A stretch of 64,000 bases of DNA, from NCBI RefSeq assembly GCF_006345805.1, contig NC_043003.1, positions 67,952,001 to 68,016,000 of the forward strand. The letters run 5' to 3'. Positions within the stretch are counted from its first letter, which is position 1; every line of letters begins with the position of its first letter. The notes below the pieces were generated by a model that saw only the letters and a program-made list of their open reading frames with translations, had not been told where the DNA came from and ran no database searches. Shown in pieces: positions 39,034-51,419 of this stretch. The DNA comes from Octopus sinensis (taxonomy: Eukaryota). The position numbers were made by a program, and so were the translations under genes.

Positions 39034-40167
39034 TATGATCTGATTAACGATAATTGGTATTCTGACCCGAACGGGACAAATGTGTCAGAATCCTGGGAAA
39101 AATGTAAGTCCCATGCAGCCGAGTCAAACTAGTTTAGGTGTTTACTATCGTTTATGTCGTTTGTCACATACTTCATATATATAAAGAAAACAGAAAGTGG
39201 AACAAGAACGTAAGAGGCGACATCAAAACATCCGGACAGTTAGACGATGCGAAAAATGACAGGAAAAACAAAGACGAGTCATTCCTATCCTCATCGAGTT
39301 CCAGATCGCCTTTGCAGTTTCGGGCGGTTACACTCGAGGTTGCTCCAAACAACCCTAAGAGCAGTAAACTCCTTGGAAGAAACCTAGCGTATGTATAAGA
39401 TAACAAGGACGAAAAACGCAGAATAGTCCACAAATACAAATACAAATAACAGGACATTAAGAACAGGTGTGTTTCTATTAAGGATGAGTTAAATTAAGCT
39501 GGCGTGTGTGGAAGTGAAGCCCTACGGCAGGAACGTAAAAGTTGAAAGTCACGCGAAGGAATACGAGAGATGCTACACGGATGCTAGTCGAACCAAGAAA
39601 GAAATGTGAGGCTTAGCGGAACACCGATTACGTGGAGGCAGAGGAGAGAGGTAGGCGAGAGGGCTTGAAGAATTAGGCAGGGACGAGAAAGAAAGAAAAA
39701 GGAATGAAAGGGACAGAGTGACGTACAAGTGGAGGGAAAGTGAGAATATATATATGTGTGTGTATACAGTGGGGCAAAATAAATATTCGTACATGTCAAA
39801 ATTCTTTATATAATTTCTAATGAATATAAATGGGATATACCAATACTATATTTGCATACACATGTATAAATTAAGAGTATGCAAAAGAAACTAATAAATT
39901 ATAGTAAGTAAGGAATTTATATTAAATTATAAATATTTAGGGGTGAAAAAAAGTATTCGTTCAGAACAAAAATATCTGATAATTCTGATTTAATTTATTC
40001 ATAATTTTATATAAATTCATTAGTTACTATAATTTATTCGTTTCTTTTGCATATTCTTAGTTTATGAATGTGTATGCAAATATAGTATTAATATATCCCA
40101 TTTATGTTCATTAGAATTTAAATAAATAAAGAATTTTGACATTTACGAATATTTATTTCCCCCCACC

Positions 40168-40218
<51 letters not shown>

Positions 40219-40658
40219 CTTAGACGAATATATATGTATATGTTCATATATATGCATTCATATAGCTATATATGTGCAGGTGTGGTGAAAGTGAACGATC
40301 TGTGAAGCTTCTAAAATAGAGTTCGAAAAATATTAAACTCAAAACATAAAATGGTTGAAAGAATAATCATTGATTCACGTTTTATTATTCATGGGAGGTA
40401 TGGCGATGCAAGCGGGAAAGAAACATTTATTATTCAAGTGTGTTTCGAATATTCCACAGATATCCAATATCTAATATCGATATTACAATATTATCATCAG
40501 AAATGTTTAATATTCCACATTTATGGAACATCAATTAAAAAGGACCTTTCATTTCTTGGAAAAATATTTTTGATCTATCCTTTAAGTAAAGTTAACTCAG
40601 GGATTTTTTTCACACAAATACCAACTAGATCCACACAGGCACGTACACACACGGTTAC

Positions 40659-40659
<1 letters not shown>

Positions 40660-40723
<64 letters not shown>

Positions 40724-40816
40724 TATATATATTGTATATATATATATAGAGAGAGAGAGAGAAAGAGATAGATAGACAGACAGATACATATATACATACA
40801 TATATATATATATATC

Positions 40817-40850
<34 letters not shown>

Positions 40851-41106
40851 GTTTGGAGAGATTGTGGACACATAATATATATACATATATGTAAATATAT
40901 ATATACAAATGTATATATGTATATATATACATATATATATATATGTGTATATATATATATGTATATATATATGTGTGTGTGTGTGTGTGTATTGGTATAT
41001 ATATACATATATAAATATGTATATATATGGATATATATGTATAAATATATATACATGCATATGTATATATATATAAATATATATATAACATATATATATA
41101 TATTCG

Positions 41107-41143
<37 letters not shown>

Positions 41144-41180
41144 TCGTATATATATATATTATATATATATATATACCAAT
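40660..41180. repeat. Long compound (TA)n/(TG)n microsatellite tract
   Basis: Directly visible; source of the spurious YI-repeat ORFs. Confidence 0.95.
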
Positions 41181-42113
41181 AAATGTAGAGGTATCGATTC
41201 GCAACGACATCGAGAAAGAGATAAGTAGTTCGAGAGGTTGGTGGACATCCGGGGATGTATATATTCATGTATGTATGACCGTATATATGTGTGCATCTCT
41301 GGGCGTTAATATATGTGAATGTGTGTGTATGTTTCTATTTAAAGCACTCCGTACATGTAATAATGTTCGTAACATTAAAAGCGCTTGTATTTCGCATTTC
41401 AACTTTTCCGACAACATAGCGAGATTATCGGATTAGCATTATCGAAAATATTCGTTTTAGTTTATACAAATGAATACGTATGTTAATGCCCCGAACGTTT
41501 TGGTATATATCCATGGAATCTTCTACAATAAACAAACACGTATCCTGATAATATTCAGAAGAAGATCAACTGATGTATGATTTTTATGCTTTTGATTTCC
41601 TGTGAATATCATCTAATCCCGTCGGAATTACAAACATCTATGGACATCGGTTTGGTAACATACAGCTTCCTCTTTGAATATATATTTACATTTATACCAG
41701 TATTTATTGGTGGCCTTCGCCGTTTTAGTGAGTAACGCTAAGGGCAATCTGGTACGTTTAGTCATAAAAAAACATCCGCTAGAACTGACATAAATACAAT
41801 CTACAAGTAACAGTAAATGTATGCTTTATAACGTGGGCATAATGCCAGTAATTTTGAGAGAAGGGTGAAGTGAAGTATATCGACTCCAGTGCTCCACTTG
41901 TATCACTGGTACATATTTCATTGACACCGAGAAAGGTAATATGCAAAGCAGACTGCGACAGCAATTATGCACAAAATACAGTTATGGCATACGTGGTCTG
42001 ATAAATACGTATCCGGACTGTACAAAAATATATGGCTTGCAACACTAGTACAAAAATATATGCTTTGCATACAAAAAATGGTGGAACGATCTGACAGAAT
42101 CGTTTGTGCATTA

Positions 42114-42951
42114 CGAGGGCTTATCAGTAAGCATCCGGAGTGTTGTCATGGTAACGAAGCTAAAACGCGCAGAGTAAATCCGCATAGCACAGATTGACCT
42201 TGAACTCTGCTGTGCATGCATACTAGCTCAGTTCTGCTGTTTACAGCGATATTGGAAAGGCGAGTAGAGTGTGGTCGTCAGACTGACTAAGACAGAGAAA
42301 GTTGTCATGGCGATAACTGCTCAGAGGCCAAAACAACATTTTCAAAAAGGTTTTCATTATTCTCGACACTATCAAGAAGTTCTTGTGCTACTGAAACCCG
42401 AGTGTCTTTTCGGTCAGGTGAAAGCAGTTTTGATACAAATTTTGGCAGACAAGCGTTTGATATCCAAATATTCAGTGATAATGGATTCAAATGAGCCCTA
42501 ACGAATCTGCACATCCTCTGCTAACTCACGGATGGTGATTCGACGATTCCCCCTCACAGCTGCACGCACTTCTACAATGTTTTTCTCAGTTCTGCTGCTT
42601 ACGGGTCTCCCAAAACGTTCATCAATAGCGACAGTTTTTGGACCACCTTGGAAACATCTGAAACTCTCGTACACTTGTGTGAGCCTCATATACACCTCAC
42701 CATACAATTTCTGCCACTTAGCGTAGGCCTCTGAGCAGGTATCGCCATAACAACTTTCTCTGTCAGGGATCGTGCAACGATCACACACTACATTCCAAGC
42801 ACTGCAGAAGACAACGGAAGTGAGCTAGAACATTAAAAATACTGCGCATGTACTTCAGAGTTCAGCGTCAATCTTTGCCAAGCAACTTTAGTCTGCGTCC
42901 TTTAGCTTCGTTACTATGGCAACAGTCCATATACTTACTGATGAGACTTCG
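42114..42951 (-). mobile_element. Mariner-type DNA transposon, internally deleted (HTH region only), TA target duplication
   Basis: TIRs cgagggcttatcagtaag...gtaacgaagctaaa / tttagcttcgttac...cttactgatgagacttcg with TA on both sides; ORFs 42498-42788 and 42305-42514 give YGEVYMRLTQVYESFRCFQGG...DERFGRPVSSRTEKNI..VRAAVRGNRRITIRELAEDV and KFVSKLLSPDRKDTRV; no DD34D region. Confidence 0.9.
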
Positions 42952-43288
42952 TAATGCCGCTAAGCATTTGCTTCGGCGCACGAACGATTCTGTCAGTTCG
43001 TCCCACCATTTTAGTTTAAATGCAAAGCATATATTTTTGTACTGCTTGGCACAATAAAACGTATGCAATAGAACTATAACATTTCTAAATCTCTGAGAGA
43101 GATTTATACAGTAGCAGCACGATAAAGTGATGGAATGTTGCCAACTTAATGTGGAAGTCCAATTAAAGGAGAGAATGCTGCTGCTATTTAGCTCTTAGAA
43201 ACACCGTTTCTAGTTGGTCATGACACATTTAGTGTGTGCTTGTGTTTTCAAAGTGGAGATAAGCAACTCCACCCAGCAAAGCCAGCAT

Positions 43289-43327
43289 CAGAGACAAGTT
43301 TCAGAGTGATTGCTCATCATCAGTCTG
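43289..43327 (-). ncRNA. Minimal type I hammerhead ribozyme motif
   Basis: Minus strand: caga-CTGATGA-t-gag caatca ctc-t-GAAAC-tt-GTC-tctg. Confidence 0.7.
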
Positions 43328-43929
43328 GAGTTGCATGGCCCGCTAGCTGTTGATGCTTATTCGCTTTTGAAACATAGATTTGAAGTGAAATACATAACGT
43401 ATTTGATTTCAAAATGCAACGATATATTGCTGCACTTTGGAAAACGTATGCAAGTCCTGAAGTTCAATAAAACTACATACTGATGTTCTTAGTCAAGGCA
43501 TAGCGATGAAGTTTTCATTTTATTAAAAGTCATCTACTTTGTAGGAAGCGTTCGAATTATTAACAAACACCTATGCATATATGTATGTATTTATGTATGT
43601 AGTATGTATGTCTGTATGTATTTATGTATGTAAGTATGTATGTGTACCTCTGTGTGTTTATGGGTGCATTTTTGAGTATGCCTGTATTTCTCTCTACGCA
43701 TGAAACGACATGCATTATATCAGATTATCTCTTCCATATTTACAGCACATTTATTTCAATTTTTTAAAACTCAGTAATACAAGTGCCTGCATAATTTTTT
43801 ATTAGTCTCTGGACAAAATTCATAATACTGTTTTGTTGATTAACATTAATGTAGCTACTTTCTTTTGGATTCCAATATATTACACGATTTGGTGTTATAA
43901 AACAAACATTTTATGGCGATTCTGCATTG

Positions 43930-44200
43930 AAGCCTGTCAAAAGTTACCCCGAGAAAAAAATCCATATTCCCCTGAAATCCATTGAAATATTGCGTTCTTA
44001 CTCATGCGCGGAATTGATAGCTTTTTGACATATATTCCAAAGTGCAGCAATTTATCAATATTTCGTAGGAATCTATACATCATTGCATTTTGAAATCAAA
44101 TATTCTGGATGGGCACACTGAATTTACATTTTCCTACATGGTTAGATGTGTTTGATTATGGAACCGCCACTATCACGTTGATGCGGATTTATTACGCTTA
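43930..44200 (-). pseudogene. Possible Helitron PIF1-like helicase remnant
   Basis: Weak motif resemblance (KFSVPI ~ FKLPL; MDFRG ~ QDIRG; GNF*Q ~ GDFRQ); many stops. Confidence 0.3.
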
Positions 44201-44541
44201 AAATTTCAACGTGTACTTCTACACAGATGAAGCAGTGTTTTTATGATAATGCATAAAGAAGTAAGATAACAGCAATGTGTCTCTATAAACAACAGAAAAC
44301 GTTAAGAAAGGTATTACAAACAACGTCTACATACAAGGGAAAATATCAAAAGACGAGAGGAGAGTAATAAAGTAATACAACTAATTTATAATAGTTACGA
44401 ATGTATATATATATATATATATACATACACTGCATTAAAACAAAACATGAATAATAAGATATACATGGCATATAATTTTGCACTAGAATAAAGTTACACA
44501 GAGTAATATTTGTTTATTAGTTAGAACGAATGGAAAATCAT

Positions 44542-44595
<54 letters not shown>

Positions 44596-44617
44596 CATAC
44601 ATAGATACATATTTATG

Positions 44618-44660
<43 letters not shown>

Positions 44661-44667
44661 TGTGTGC

Positions 44668-44830
44668 AGCAGTGGCTGTGTGGTAAGTAGCTTGATTACC
44701 AACCATATAGTTCCGGGTTCAGTCCTACTGCATGGCACCTAGGGCAAGTGTTTTCTAGTATAGCCTCGGGCCGACCAAAGCCTTCTGAGTGGATTTGGTA
44801 GATGGAAACTGTAAGAAGCTTGTCATATAT
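44668..44830 (+). mobile_element. tRNA-derived SINE (family D)
   Basis: 'gtggctgtgtggtaagtagcttgattaccaacc...gttccgggttcagtcc...gccttctgagtggatttggtagatggaaactg'. Confidence 0.85.
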
Positions 44831-45231
44831 ATATATACGTGTATGTGTGTGCGTGTGTGAATGTGTATTTGCATGTGTGTGTATGTTTGTGTGTCTGTGT
44901 TCGTAGGGGCATGCGTATTATGTAGCAGACCCAGCTAAAAGCTTATGAAAATCATAAGATAATTCTTTATTCCTTTTTCATCATTACTTTCTAACACACA
45001 TATACGCACATACAAACATACAGACACAATGACAAATATACTTTCTTGTATATAATGGTTATATATTTAACGTGAAGCGTAAATGTCGTCTGAATTGTTG
45101 GAAATATTCGTAGAGAACTCTAACTGTAAGTGATTTAGTATCAAGATAAACGTTTCGGACCGCTCAATATTCAAATATCAGATTTTCAAACAGGGAATTA
45201 AGTGATGTATTTCAATTTTAGAATATTGAAT

Positions 45232-45700
45232 ATGGCGGCAAGCTGGCTGAATCGTTAACACAGTGAGCTGACAGAGTCGTTAGCACGCCGGGCAAAATAC
45301 TTAAGTCGCATTTCTTCCGTCGCTACATTCTAAGTCCAAATTCCGCTGTGGTAGACTTTCCCTTTTATCCAATGAGAATCCACAAAAGAAATACCAGTTA
45401 AACATTAATCAACTTACCTCCTACCCCGACATCGGTAGTATTGTTCCAAAATCTGAAACCGATATTATGCTAGTCCGGAAGGCTACAAGCTGGCATAATG
45501 GTTAGCACGCCGGGTAAAATGCTCAACACCATTTCTTCCGTCTTAACCTTCGGAATTCAAAAACCACCGCTGTTAACTTTGCCTTCCATGCTTTCGAAGT
45601 CGATAAAATAAGTACCAGTTGAGCATTGGGGCTGGTATAATTTACTTAAATCCTCCCCCGATATTGCCTGCCTTGTGCCAAAATTTGAAATCAATGTTGG
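45232..45700 (+). mobile_element. Two adjacent diverged SINEs (family C)
   Basis: Each contains 'gttagcacgccggg(c/t)aaaat' and 'actttgcct/actttccct...cc...gataaa'. Confidence 0.75.
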
Positions 45701-45757
45701 AATATTAATTTTAGAATTTGCGTTCTCAATTCAAAGATTAGCAGCAGGCATTGCTGC

Positions 45758-45905
45758 GTAGTTACGAAGTTCGTTTAGCAGCAACGTGACTTTAGATTCA
45801 GTCCCACTGCATGGTACCTTTAGCAAGTGCCTCCTACTATAGCCCCACAGCGACAAACGCTGTCTCAATGACTTTCGTAGACAGAAAATGTGTGGAAGCA
45901 TTTCG
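45758..45905 (+). mobile_element. SINE (family D), diverged
   Basis: 'gattcagtcccactgcatggtacc...aagtgcctcctactatagcc...gtagacagaaaatg'. Confidence 0.6.
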
Positions 45906-46214
45906 CATATCTATCTAAAATGTTTACGAACCTGTGTGTTTCTCTTACCATCGCTTGACAGAGATAAATGGTTTGTTTACTTTCCCGTAAATTCGTGGTT
46001 CGGCAAAACCACAATACAATAGACCGAGAGTCAGTCCTGATTTGATTAGACTTGAAGCTCCAAAACATTGGCAAGGCACAATATGCGTACAAATGGTCCT
46101 AATACCATAAAATGTGGTTCTTAAGTATTCTTAGACACAAGTGATACTTAAATAAAAACTTAAGAAAAAAACGGGTTTGGAAAAACAAATTAAGAAGTTT
46201 TAATTAAACACTTA

Positions 46215-46650
46215 ATTAGGAATTAATTAGACTTTCTGCTCCAGCGTTAATTTCTTTGCAGAATTGATCACTAAACCCAACTGAATCTATTCATGTCACT
46301 TAAGAAGCATTTTAGGTATGGATTTATAATTTAAGAAGCATTTTCTACCAATCACTATACACTAATTAAGAAGAAATATACAGAAACACATTTTTCAAGC
46401 TACGTGATGAATGCAACATAGAAACATGACTTAGGCCCAGTTGACCCTGTTGACATGAAAGGAAGAAATTAAGAAACATCCCAGGTATTGGAAGACAATA
46501 ACAAATCTTTAATCAGATCGTTAATTAGATCTTAATTAGACTTTCTGCTCCGGTGTAAATTATTTCACAAAAATATTCGGCTCGTCAAACTGAATATAAT
46601 CTTAGTATGTAAGAATGATAGGTATGGATACCAAATTTAAGAAGAATTTT
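46215..46650. repeat. Diverged ~310-bp direct repeat
   Basis: 'ttaattagactttctgctcc' and downstream sequence occur at ~46225 and ~46532. Confidence 0.6.
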
Positions 46651-47246
46651 GACTAATTAACATATTCTCCTCTATTGGATATGGAAAAACACCTTTAACT
46701 GAAAAAAATGTTGATTTTCCATCGCATAGCATCGGGATCCTTCCTCCATTGCTGGTGCTGTCTTCTGTCATCACATTATTGCATGTCGCTTTCGTTCATT
46801 CGAATAAAATTAATTTTTAAAGATGACTTGTCCCTCACAAACTTCACAAAAATGGAAACTGTTACAAACAAAAAAATGGATTAAAACTACAACAAAGAAC
46901 AACTTGCCTCTTGAACAAAAATGTCACATAAATGCCAACTGGCTATTAGAAACCAACGACGAATTGAAACGTTTACGTACTATGTGGCAGCTTTGGCCTG
47001 TTGGCAAACCCGTCGCTTACAAAGCATGATTGTATTGAAAGTATAATAGTGAGCATCGAAAGCCCTTACTGGCATTGTTGGAATTAACAAAGTTTTATAT
47101 GATGATCACATCGAAACCGGGTAACCGGTCCTATATTTCCTCCATCCAGACAGTAATGTTAGCTTTCATTACATTGATTTTTTGGTGTGATATATATATA
47201 TATATAATACATACATATTATATATGATATATATATATATATATAT

Positions 47247-47283
<37 letters not shown>

Positions 47284-47374
47284 CATGCTTGTGGTTGCAG
47301 CTTTCACTCTTTTATCACATGAAATTAAAGAGCATTTCATCCGCGTTTTCATTATTATTCTAAGCACAAGGCCC

Positions 47375-47565
47375 AAGATTTTGAGGAGGGGGCCAGTCGA
47401 TTAGATCAACCCAGGTACATAACTGGTAATTAATTTATCGACCCAGAAAGGATGAAAGGCAAAGTCAACCTCACCGGAATTAGAAACTCAGAACGTAAAG
47501 ACAGATGAAATACTGCTACGCATTTCGCCCGGCATGCTAACGTATCTGCCAGCACGCCGCTTTCC
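47375..47565 (-). mobile_element. SINE (family C)
   Basis: Reverse complement similar to 56024-56406. Confidence 0.8.
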
Positions 47566-48399
47566 ACGGCTTCTTTATTGAATGACAAATGTGATATTTG
47601 AGCTAACGGCTACGCACATAGTCATTTGACTGTTTGCAAGTATAAATTTATTGATATTTCTACTATTGCATTTTGGAATTTTGAAATATTGAATGATATT
47701 CTTGTATTATCATTGCGGTAGATTTTCGTCATTCTTTTACCGTGAGCCCTCTTTATGAGTCAAACGAGACAAAAAGTTTTCTATTTGACTCTACTACAAT
47801 TTTTAAAGCGATGCAGCGTTACAATATCTCGTGAACATTTTGCTTATTTAAACGGGTAGAGAGATATTTCAAGGGGACTTTTTTGCTATTTCGCGCTGGC
47901 TTTGCAAACATGTCCGACTTTATTAAGATTGGTTTGTGAGATTATTTGTCATAGGTATATTATTTGTTGTTCAATGTTACCAGTCTGATTTGTTGCCCTT
48001 TGTATGCATCATATAGTGTGTTGTTTTAATGATTCATGTTATGTAGTCTCACGTTTTATATGAAATGAATTCTGTATGTTGTTGGGAACGGTTTAAGGTC
48101 GAACGAACATCTTTTATACGAGCTATGTACTGAATACTTGAGACTTTAAATATTTTAATACTGTTATTGTAATATATGGGCGTATTTTCTAAAATATATG
48201 CTAAAAGATTTTATATGTTCTGTGTTGAGAATTCAGTTTCGTTTCTTTTATCTTTCTTTTCTGAAAATCACTTTTTACAACATTCACATAAATATTTATT
48301 AAGCATGCCCATAACCATTTTCCAACAGTTTTCCAACTATAAGATACAAATGTTGCTCGTTCAGATAGAAATAGCTGCTAAAAATCAGCGTATATCATC

Positions 48400-48700
48400 T
48401 GCACGTCCTGGAATGAGAATAAGTCGCAAATGATCGCCCACGCTGGAGAAAAATACTGCCATAGGGGATGAAGCGAAAGGAAGAGAGACAAAAACTTACC
48501 AGCAAAGAAAGGCGCCCTCGAAAGGGAAAAACAATAGTGCGGTAAAGAGCTCCTTCAAATGCAGTCGTTGTATGCGTGACTGCCACTCCCATGTGGAACT
48601 CTAAGGCCACACCAGATGCTGCATCATTATCAGCATCTGACACAATTTCTCCGGGCGCAGATCCACAGTCTCTTGAGATCGACAGATGCCTACTGTATCA
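48400..48700 (+). pseudogene. RTE (BovB-like) LINE 3' end with C-terminal zinc finger and 3' UTR
   Basis: DRPRWRK...; FKCSRCMRDCHSHVEL*GHTRCC resembles the RTE C..C.R.C.SRIGL.SH.R.C motif; followed by the tail 'cacagtctcttgagatcgacagatgccta'. Confidence 0.75.
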
Positions 48701-49829
48701 TCATAAGGGATAAAGAATATTATGCACTGGATAATGTAGCCCTGAGTACAAAATCCTTATAAAAATTGAATGATGTCCAAATTATGAACGCATTTCAATA
48801 TGTACCTATTTTGTCTATCAATGTGATGTAGAGTTAATCGATAAACGGAACGAAAATAAGAATAACAATTTTAGCATGCAAAGTTGATACTTTATCAACT
48901 AAAACATTTTTTCGCATTGCACATATTTATCGTTTCAATATCACACTCATTAATTATACAGTGTTACTGAATATTCTTTATCGTTTGTTTCAGCAGTATT
49001 GAAGTGTTAAACTGATTCCTTTTACTCAAACAATATCATATCACATTTGTTTCAAATTAATGGTTTGCTTGCTACTAAATCAGCGATCTATAGTAAAATT
49101 AGACTTCTACCCCTAAACTTTCGTCATAGGGGAAGAAGGACAGACGTCGCTATGATATTTAGCAATCCGACCAAGGATATTGGCAAGAAAGCGGTTGTTA
49201 TGGGAAGTGTCGCTAGGTTTTGGGACTCGAACCAATCGAAAAACTTTTCATTGAACTAAATTTATCAGGGCCCCTTCCACGCCAAATGTCTTAAACTCTT
49301 TATACTATGTTGTATGATGTAGTGGTTGTAGTTGTTATATATATATCAAAATATCTTTGCTCAATACTGCAATAAAGTAGATTAGTAGCTTACATACGTT
49401 AACCTAAACTGATAAACATTTTTGTGAGCAAGAAATTGGAAACAGATATAACCCTTCTTTCATCTGTTTTAGGGGTAGCAGAACAAAACTATGTGAGTGG
49501 AAACGTTGGTAAGTGTCTCAAAACAAAACATGACACACTGGCAAATAATTTTAATGAGCTATTCCTTTACTAAAAACACTTTTTTCCTAATGTTCCATAT
49601 CAGATATCGATAGATGAAGTAATTTACTGAGGCATTGAGACACGTAATATTGGTTCCAGTTCACTCATAGTCCATTCCCTGCACAGAGTGTTGAAAGCCT
49701 GAGGCCAGTATCTGATGATCATAAGAGTCTTTTTACCGCTCATGTACAGCAGCATCATTGAAATTTATGTGGTATATAAATTGTGAATACATAAATAATA
49801 GTTACAAATTTTGGTACAAGACCAGCACT

Positions 49830-50005
49830 TTCAAGGAGGAGCAGGGATAGTCGACTAAGTTGACTCCAGTCTCGTGCCGGTACTTATTTTGTCGATCCCG
49901 GAAATATGAAAGACAAAGTCGACAGGTAGAATTTGAACTCAGAACGTGAAGACGAACAAAATGCTAGTAACGACATACTAAAGATTCTGCCAGTCTGCCG
50001 CCTTT
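49830..50005 (-). mobile_element. SINE (family C), diverged
   Basis: 'gaaagacaaagtcgac...gaatttgaactcagaacgt...ctgccagtctgccgcc'. Confidence 0.7.
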
Positions 50006-50231
50006 ATGAATACATAAGTAATAATTTTTTCATAGTATTGTTCAGATATACATCTTTCATTGTTTCGTTGTTTTAGATTTGAACAATTTCAGGAATTAAC
50101 ATAAATGCCACTTGTTTCAATATTTGAATGTTTTTGCGTATAACACACACAGACATATTTTTAGATGTAATAGATTTACCATATTTAGAAATAGTGCACT
50201 TTCTACAATAATTTGGCAATAAAATTAATAT

Positions 50232-51418
50232 TGACCACTGGTAATGGCTTGTTTTCAGGAAATATGAATTTTTATATCAGTGTGGGTGTATTGTTTTATT
50301 ATAAACAGACATATAATAAACAAATGGAAACGAACGGAAGTATTTTAGCACAACTGTTTAAATAATTATCAATGCCGAGAGATAATAAAACTGCAACTGA
50401 AACAGGACTATCTCTAAATATTATAGCACGTTAGGAGGAACATTAAAATGATTATTGTCAATGTTTTAAGCAACAATAAAAAAATGGCATCATTTATATA
50501 TTCATGAAACAAATAGCTATGAAAATGGACATATGTAGGTGCATGCGTAGGTGTGTGGTAAGATGTTTGCTACCCAACCAGACGGTTCCGGGTTCAGTAA
50601 CTCAGCAAGAAGCTTCAGATACAGATTGCGAGTGAGTGAATAGAGGAGAGAAAAGAGAGAAAAGAAAGGAATGGGATAGGTGCGGGGAAGAATGAATGAG
50701 AACGAAAGTAAGATATAAATCAATGGTCAAAATTTAAAAAATAAATATGAAGATAAACATATTTATTAATGTTGACCACTGGTAATGGCTCGTTTTCAGG
50801 AAATTTGAACTTTTATATCAGTATGGGTGTATTGTTTTATTATAAACAGACATATAATAAGCAATAATAAATCTCTGAGCGAGATGTAAACATTAAGCGC
50901 TCGACAACGTAAAGTATTCTAGCCATCTCAATATGGCTAACCACTAGGGGTTACTGTAGCTTTTTAGCCCCAGGATATCATCGACTCCAGCTGGCTTTAG
51001 ACGCAATTACTGTGCCCTTATGATATTTGCAAAGGGAGGTCACCCCTCTCGTAAACCTAAGTGATACGAGATTATTGTCTCTTGCCAACACACGGTAATC
51101 ACAGGTTTTCGATAAGAGAGGCCTGTTTGCGAATATCTATTTAATGTTTTTGCCAGTAACCACTGTCACTGATTTTGAAAAACGGTCTGAAAGCAATAAT
51201 AAATATCTGAGCGAGATGTAAATACTAAGCGCTCGACAACGTAAAGTATACTAGCCATCTCAATATAGCTAACCACTAGGGGTGGGTGTTACTGTAGCTT
51301 TTTTTTTTTGAAACAAATGGAAACGAACGGAAGTATTTTAGCACAACTGTTTAAATAATTATCAATGTCGATAGATAATAAAACTGCAAATGAAACAGGA
51401 CTATCTCTAAATATTATA
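50232..51418. repeat. ~195-bp direct duplication (50232-50426; 50772-50860 plus 51310-51418), second copy interrupted by an insertion
   Basis: 'ttgaccactggtaatggc...cagacatataataa|acaaatggaaacgaacgg...ctatctctaaatattata' is contiguous in copy 1 and split in copy 2. Confidence 0.9.
50861..51310. mobile_element. ~450-bp non-coding insertion with ~105-bp terminal direct repeats (50861-50965, 51194-51300)
   Basis: Repeats 'gcaataataaat.tctgagcgagatgtaaa...gcgctcgacaacgtaaagtat.ctagccatctcaatat.gctaaccactagggg...ttactgtagcttttt'; empty site at ~50320. Confidence 0.8.
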
Positions 51419-51419
51419 A

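Noticed and set aside
43405-44105. Short inverted similarity between ~43405-43450 and ~44030-44105
   Set aside because: Short, gapped and AT-rich; probably decayed fragments of one repeat, with no mechanism I can support.
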